Source: Desulfocapsa sulfexigens DSM 10523
GTDB taxonomy: Bacteria; Desulfobacterota; Desulfobulbia; Desulfobulbales; Desulfocapsaceae
DNA: 32,000 nt
NCBI RefSeq assembly: GCF_000341395.1
Contig: NC_020304.1
Location: forward strand, 3,510,001 to 3,542,000
Direction: 5' to 3'
Positions 27,063 through 32,000 of the stretch are shown here, piece by piece. Under the pieces are notes generated by a model that searched no databases, was not told where the DNA came from, and saw only the letters and a list, made by a program, of their open reading frames with translations. The position numbers and the translations under genes were made by a program. Numbering within the stretch: position 1 is the first letter of the stretch; each line of letters opens with the position of its first letter.

Positions 27063-29270
27063 ATGGGAATAAAAGAACAAATAGATCGCCTCCTCCTTGC
27101 AGAACATTATGATCCTTTTCAGGTTCTGGGGGTACATTTTTCTGACAACGATAAGGATTCAGCCGTTATTCGCTGCTTTCAGCCCCACGCCAGGTCTGTT
27201 TCACTCCTGATTGATGGGAAAACCATTCCGATGGAAAGAGTGCGTAGTGAGGGGATTTTTGAAGCCACCATTGATCGGGGTACGGTTACCGACGAAAACC
27301 TTGATCCTTACACCTATCAATATAAAATCACTTATAACGATGGTGTAGAAAAAACGATCAATGATCCTTATCGTTTTATGCCAATCCTGAGTGAGGAGGA
27401 CAGGTTCCTCTTTAATTTTGGCACCAATTATGAACTCTACGACCATATCGGTGCTCACCCCGGCATGTATTCCCAGATCAGGGGAACCATTTTTCGCGTA
27501 TGGGCCCCATCAGCCACCAGAGTTTCCGTGCTCGGCAACTTCAATGGCTGGGACGGCAGGGTTCATCCCATGCGAAGTCTTGGCAGTTCAGGGATATGGG
27601 AACTTTTTCTTCCCGGAATTGGTGAGGATGAAATCTATAAATTTGAGATTCGCACCACCCGGGGTGATATCCTGGAAAAATCTGATCCATTTCAATTTTT
27701 TGGCGAACATCGGCCAAAAACCGCATCGGTGGTTCGCTATCTCGATCATTATCAATGGCATGACAGGGATTGGCAACAATCAAAAAAAGAAGCCAACCCC
27801 TATGAAAATGCCATGACCATTTACGAGCTCCACCCCGGATCCTGGCAACGCGATCCTTCAAACCCTGAACGTTTTCTCACCTTCAGAGAGCTGGCAGACA
27901 GACTCATCCCCTATGTGAAGAAACTCGGATTTACCCACATCGAACTTATGCCGGTAATGGAACATCCCCTGGACGAATCATGGGGATACCAGATTACCGG
28001 TCCATTCAGCATGACCAGCCGCTATGGTGTTCCTGAAGACTTTATGCATTTTGTAGACAGTTGCCACCTTGAAGGTCTTGGAGTCATTCTCGATTGGGTT
28101 CCTGCTCATTTTCCTAAGGACTCACACAGTCTCGCCCGCTTTGACGGCACAGCACTTTTTGAACATGAAGACCCAAGAAAGGGTGCCCATCCTGAGTGGG
28201 GTACTTTTATTTATAATTATGGTCGTAAAGAAGTCAGCAATTTTCTTATTGCCAATGCCCTATTCTGGATAGACAAATACCATATTGACGGCCTGCGTGT
28301 TGATGCCGTAGCATCCATGCTGTATCTGGATTACTCGCGTAAAGAAGGAGAGTGGCTCCCTAATCAGCACGGGGGAAGAGAAAACCTTGAAGCAATTGAA
28401 TTTATCAAACATCTGAACTCAGTTGTTTATGAGCGTCACCCTGGCACCTTGATGATTGCAGAGGAATCCACCAGCTTTTACGGAGTTTCAAAACCTGCCG
28501 ATCAGGGTGGGCTCGGATTTGGCTTCAAATGGAATATGGGCTGGATGAATGACATCCTTGCCTACTTTGAAAAAGATTGTTTCTACCGACGGTTTCACCA
28601 TAACAGTCTAACTTTTTCCATTATGTACGCTTTTTCTGAAAACTTTATCCTGCCGCTCTCTCACGACGAAGTTGTCCATGGAAAACGTTCTCTTATCGAC
28701 AAAATGCCCGGAGATCTCTGGCAGAAGTTTGCCAATCTTCGTCTTCTCTACCTGACAATGTGGATGCACCCCGGCAAAAAACTTCTTTTTATGGGAGGGG
28801 AATTTGGACAATGGCGTGAGTGGAACTGTAAACAAAGCCTGGATTTCCACCTGCTCCACGAAAATGACCATCACAAAGCAATGCTCCACTTCTTCCATGA
28901 ACTCAACACACTGTACAAGAGCAATGCAAGCCTTTGGGAACTCGATTTCAGCCCCGATGGATTTCAATGGATGGACCTGGAGGATCGAGAAAATTCAATT
29001 ATATCCTATGCACGTTTCGCTAAAAATCGTGACGATCATCTGGTCTGTCTTCTCAATTTCACCCCCCAGACCTTTTATAACTATAAAATAGGACTGCCGA
29101 GCGGATCCAACTACGAACAAGTCTTCTGCTCCGACCAGAGCAGATTTGGCGGAAGCAATGCAGCAGACAGGACAATCTACAGAACCATTGATGAACCCTA
29201 CGCCCAGGCACAGTTTCATGCAAATGTAACAGTTCCTCCCCTTGCCGGGATTGTTTTGAAACCATGTTAA
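27063..29270 (+). CDS. glgB: 1,4-alpha-glucan branching enzyme (GH13, CBM48)
   Basis: 735 aa. DPFQVLGVH, VWAPSATRVSVLGNFNGWDGRVHPMRSLGSSGIWELFLPG, YELHPGSWQR, GYQITGPFSMTSRYGVPEDF, DGLRVDAVASMLYLDYSRKEGEWLPNQHGGRENLEAIEF, IAEESTS, LSHDEVVHGKRSLIDKMPGD and FMGGEFGQWREW. Confidence 0.97.
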   Translation: MGIKEQIDRLLLAEHYDPFQVLGVHFSDNDKDSAVIRCFQPHARSVSLLIDGKTIPMERVRSEGIFEATIDRGTVTDENLDPYTYQYKITYNDGVEKTINDPYRFMPILSEEDRFLFNFGTNYELYDHIGAHPGMYSQIRGTIFRVWAPSATRVSVLGNFNGWDGRVHPMRSLGSSGIWELFLPGIGEDEIYKFEIRTTRGDILEKSDPFQFFGEHRPKTASVVRYLDHYQWHDRDWQQSKKEANPYENAMTIYELHPGSWQRDPSNPERFLTFRELADRLIPYVKKLGFTHIELMPVMEHPLDESWGYQITGPFSMTSRYGVPEDFMHFVDSCHLEGLGVILDWVPAHFPKDSHSLARFDGTALFEHEDPRKGAHPEWGTFIYNYGRKEVSNFLIANALFWIDKYHIDGLRVDAVASMLYLDYSRKEGEWLPNQHGGRENLEAIEFIKHLNSVVYERHPGTLMIAEESTSFYGVSKPADQGGLGFGFKWNMGWMNDILAYFEKDCFYRRFHHNSLTFSIMYAFSENFILPLSHDEVVHGKRSLIDKMPGDLWQKFANLRLLYLTMWMHPGKKLLFMGGEFGQWREWNCKQSLDFHLLHENDHHKAMLHFFHELNTLYKSNASLWELDFSPDGFQWMDLEDRENSIISYARFAKNRDDHLVCLLNFTPQTFYNYKIGLPSGSNYEQVFCSDQSRFGGSNAADRTIYRTIDEPYAQAQFHANVTVPPLAGIVLKPC

Positions 29271-29294
29271 AATATTTCAAGGAGAATAGTCATC

Positions 29295-29480
29295 ATGTCT
29301 TTACGGCAACCAACACGATGTACTGGAGATAAGAAAAAACTAGCACTGGCTGAACTCTGTCAGCTTCTTGAAGATCATCCAGAAAAAAGCCGCAAAATAC
29401 TCCTGCAGCAGGTTGAAATCAAGTACGACCTGACGCCGAAGGAGTGCGAGTTTCTGGACAGAAATTTCCACACGGAATAA
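29295..29480 (+). CDS. Small uncharacterised protein (61 aa)
   Basis: MSLRQPTRCTGDKKKLALAELCQLLEDHPEKSRKILLQQVEIKYDLTPKECEFLDRNFHTE. It has an excellent SD (TTTCAAGGAGAATAGTCATCATG) and starts 24 bp after the glgB stop on the same strand. Confidence 0.6.
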   Translation: MSLRQPTRCTGDKKKLALAELCQLLEDHPEKSRKILLQQVEIKYDLTPKECEFLDRNFHTE

Positions 29481-29604
29481 GAGAAACTTGCCAACAGCCA
29501 CTGCACTGCTTAGTTTTATCTCCAAGTCGATATCAGATTTCCAAAGCTATCTGAAAAGAATCTCCATTTAGAAACGCCAGAACACCTGGAGGAAGGAACT
29601 ACAC

Positions 29605-30270
29605 ATGGATGCCTACCAACAACTCATCACTACACTTGCTCTCACAATGGGAACAGCATGGGCAGCTGGAATTAATCTGTACGCAACCATCGCAGTACTA
29701 GGAACTCTTGGTCTCACCGGTAATATGGTTCTCCCTGAACAACTTCTTATCCTACAAAACCCGATGGTGATTGGCGCAGCAGCCCTGATGTACCTGGTTG
29801 AATTCTTTGCAGACAAAACCCCTGGAGTCGATACCGGCTGGGACACCATTCATACATTTATTCGAATTCCCGCTGGTGTTATGCTTGCAGCTGGGGCCGT
29901 TGGTGAGGTAAATCCGGCTATAGTTGTAACAGCAGGTATATTAGGCGGTGGCGTTGCAGCAACTACTCATACAATCAAGGCCGGTACGAGGGTTCTGATT
30001 AATACATCTCCTGAACCATTTTCAAACTGGACGGCATCAGTTGTTGAAGATCTGGCCGTAATTGGTGGGATATTTGCTATGCTTCACTACCCTCTGGCCT
30101 TTCTCGTTTTCTTTGTAGCCTTTCTTCTTACTGCAATCTGGCTGCTCCCGAAGCTCTGGTCAGGTATCAAGGTTGTGTTCCAGACAATTCTTACTTTCTT
30201 CTCGGGAAAAAAACCTGTAGCTTCGCAGGACAAGGAAAAGACAACACCAAAAGAACTGCCTTTAACATAG
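29605..30270 (+). CDS. DUF4126-like multi-pass membrane protein
   Basis: 221 aa with several hydrophobic segments and MGTAWAAGINLYATIAVLGTLG...FFADKTPGVDTGWDTIHTFIRIPAGVMLAAGA...GGGVAATTHTIKAGTRVLINTSPEPFSNW. Confidence 0.85.
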   Translation: MDAYQQLITTLALTMGTAWAAGINLYATIAVLGTLGLTGNMVLPEQLLILQNPMVIGAAALMYLVEFFADKTPGVDTGWDTIHTFIRIPAGVMLAAGAVGEVNPAIVVTAGILGGGVAATTHTIKAGTRVLINTSPEPFSNWTASVVEDLAVIGGIFAMLHYPLAFLVFFVAFLLTAIWLLPKLWSGIKVVFQTILTFFSGKKPVASQDKEKTTPKELPLT

Positions 30271-30338
30271 GGCGTCCCATAAAAGATTTGTAAACGCTAG
30301 GAGTGTCAGAAACTCTGCTATACGTTGTCCAAGGATAG

Positions 30339-32000
30339 CTAACAGGGAATCTCAATCACGACCGAGGTTCCCTTTCCTTCCTTGGAATCCACAACCATGC
30401 TCCCCCCATGTTCCTCAACAATCTTTGCAGACATTGCCATTCCAAGCCCTGTTCCTTCTGGCTTTGTTGTAAAGTATGGATCAAATACCCGTCCTAGATT
30501 TTCCGAACTGATTCCACAACCGCTATCCGTTACCGTGATAACAATTACATCACCACTTTTCACACTACGAACAGATAATGTTCCTCCGTCGCTCATAGCC
30601 TGGATGGAATTCAAAAAGAGATTGAGGAAGACCTGACTCAGCCTGTCTTCATCGGCGTAGATCGGGGACAATGTCTCAGGAAAATCGAGAACAATCTCCA
30701 CCCCCGCAGCCTCGGCATCAATACTGAGTAATGAAACTGATTTCTGAAGCAGGGCATGAAGATCAAACTCACTCTTCTGAAGCTCCTGCGGCCTTGCGTA
30801 GTCAAGCAACTCAGAGATACTGCGATTAAGTCTCTCAACTTCCTGCACCAGAATATTGGCAGTTTCTCTATCATTATTTTCAATGCAAAATTTTGACCGT
30901 AGAACGAGGGCAAGGCCTTTGATTGAACTGAGAGGATTGCGCAATTCATGGGCCACCCCAGCAGCCATTTTCCCAAGAGCAGCAAGACGTTCACTCCTAC
31001 GCAGATCTTTTTCAAGTTTTTTCACCTGACTCAGATCCTGTATCATAAGAAGGATTCCAACGAATTGATTATCACGATCGACTATAGCCATACGATTAAG
31101 CTGGACAGTATGACAGGTACCTTGAGCATTTATCAACTGCACCTCCCTCTGTGAGATAACGCCTCTTCGTTCTCCTGAAGCGTCCAGAATCGATCGGATA
31201 GCCTCTGTTTTAGCAAATACTCCTGTATTGTTGCCAAGTGCTATTTTTTCACTTATTCCGGTAAGTTCCTCGGAGAATTTATTATACAGAACAATCTGTC
31301 CTTTACTATCGGTTGCAATGAGTCCTACAGGTAAGGAGGATATCAGGATATCGCGAAAAGCCTCAACCCGACGCAATCTGCTTTGAGATCCTTTCAGTCC
31401 TTCAAGAGTGAGGATAGAAAGCCAGCCGCCGAAACCGACAAGCAGAAGAACAATGGATAAAATTATGATCTCAAGTTTTTGACGCTGCAGCCTTTTATTA
31501 TACTGCTTCATATCAAGCTCAACGAGAATCATGTATTTTTTCTGGCTTAAGGATTCTATCCTCTTTTTCCATGTTGAGTTGGATCCGTGAAGCCGCATCA
31601 CCCGGTTTCCCATTCCTTCTGAGTTGTTCTTCATCACTTGCGGGGAAAATTGCTCCAGTAAGCGACTGGTAATGGGTGAAAAATATGCCGCAACCTGAAA
31701 AACAGAGCCCTTATCTTCAGTACTGATACGATAATTAAACGTTCTGGTATCACTGGCATCTGCATCAATTGCCAGGAGAAAATCATGGGTTTGCTTGGAT
31801 ACCTGCTGAATTCGAGCGGCTGGAACTGAGTTAGCAAGAATAAACCCATCATTGTCAACAAGAGCTAAAAATCTGACTCCGGGATGTCCGGCCGCATGTT
31901 CAAGAACACGTTGTACATTGCCAGGCCAAAGTGCGGCAAGATCCTGCCCTGAGCGCAGACCTGTAATAATTGAACTTCTTGAACTGGAGGCAACAAAACG
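30339..32000 (-). CDS. Membrane-associated PAS sensor histidine kinase (ZraS/NtrB-like), continues past the window end
   Basis: Contains a transmembrane segment (KLEIIILSIVLLLVGFGGWLSIL), PAS (FRDILISSLPVGLIATDSKGQIVLYNKFSEELTG), H-box (LAALGKMAAGVAHELRNPLSSIKG), N-box (QVFLNLFLNSIQAM) and HATPase (VTDSGCGISSENLGRVFDPYFTTKPEGTGLGMAMSAKIVEEHGG). I read the frame upstream of the track's start (31637): it stays open to 32000 (VLLPPVQRSSIITGLRSGQDLAALWPGNVQRVLEHAAGHPGVRFLALVDNDGFILANSVPAARIQQVSKQ...). Confidence 0.92.
   Translation of the reverse strand, partial: RFVASSSRSSIITGLRSGQDLAALWPGNVQRVLEHAAGHPGVRFLALVDNDGFILANSVPAARIQQVSKQTHDFLLAIDADASDTRTFNYRISTEDKGSVFQVAAYFSPITSRLLEQFSPQVMKNNSEGMGNRVMRLHGSNSTWKKRIESLSQKKYMILVELDMKQYNKRLQRQKLEIIILSIVLLLVGFGGWLSILTLEGLKGSQSRLRRVEAFRDILISSLPVGLIATDSKGQIVLYNKFSEELTGISEKIALGNNTGVFAKTEAIRSILDASGERRGVISQREVQLINAQGTCHTVQLNRMAIVDRDNQFVGILLMIQDLSQVKKLEKDLRRSERLAALGKMAAGVAHELRNPLSSIKGLALVLRSKFCIENNDRETANILVQEVERLNRSISELLDYARPQELQKSEFDLHALLQKSVSLLSIDAEAAGVEIVLDFPETLSPIYADEDRLSQVFLNLFLNSIQAMSDGGTLSVRSVKSGDVIVITVTDSGCGISSENLGRVFDPYFTTKPEGTGLGMAMSAKIVEEHGGSMVVDSKEGKGTSVVIEIPC

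Noticed and set aside
31634-31861. 75-aa minus ORF apparently upstream of the histidine kinase, suggesting a separate small gene or a frameshift
   Set aside because: Reading the kinase frame upstream of 31637 by hand gives uninterrupted, plausible sensor-domain protein to 32000. The 75-aa ORF is simply an alternate frame, and the kinase is not frameshifted.
1-32000. Search for defence islands, CRISPR, prophage, transposons, tRNA or rRNA, or non-coding RNA arrays
   Set aside because: Coding density is high and almost all ORFs match housekeeping or metabolic families. I saw no integrase, transposase, repeat/spacer array, tRNA-like cloverleaf or rRNA sequence by eye. A tRNAscan/Infernal run would be needed for certainty on small RNAs and riboswitches.

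Overview
This 32 kb window looks like ordinary chromosomal DNA from a strictly anaerobic, probably deltaproteobacterial or Desulfobulbales-like bacterium. The taxon is inferred from gene content and was not tested. At the left edge there is a minus-strand Wood-Ljungdahl/CODH-ACS cluster transcribed folD -> CO dehydrogenase catalytic subunit -> MetF-AcsD fusion -> acsB (runs off the window start). It is followed by maeA (-), a KamA-family radical SAM gene (+), an HDOD-GGDEF gene (+), an uncharacterised Cys-containing protein (+), priA (-), hrpA (+), a kdsB-mdh-YvcK/CofD-like set (-), rsmJ and a small alarmone synthetase-like gene (+), a yqgE/algH - YkgJ-like - rlmH set (-), glgB plus a 61-aa small ORF and a DUF4126-like membrane protein (+), and a PAS/histidine kinase running off the right edge (-). 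I found no CRISPR array, prophage, transposon, tRNA or rRNA. The best leads are: (1) an 894-aa ORF that fuses a methylenetetrahydrofolate reductase-like domain to the small corrinoid protein subunit (AcsD/CdhD-delta) through about 285 residues of Ala/Lys/Glu- and Ala/Pro-rich linker, with an internal Shine-Dalgarno/ATG; (2) an rlmH gene split by a -1 frameshift exactly at an A10 tract; (3) a YvcK/CofD-like protein with an unexplained ~260-aa C-terminal extension directly behind mdh. I see no convincing evidence of a defence or mobile 'system'.
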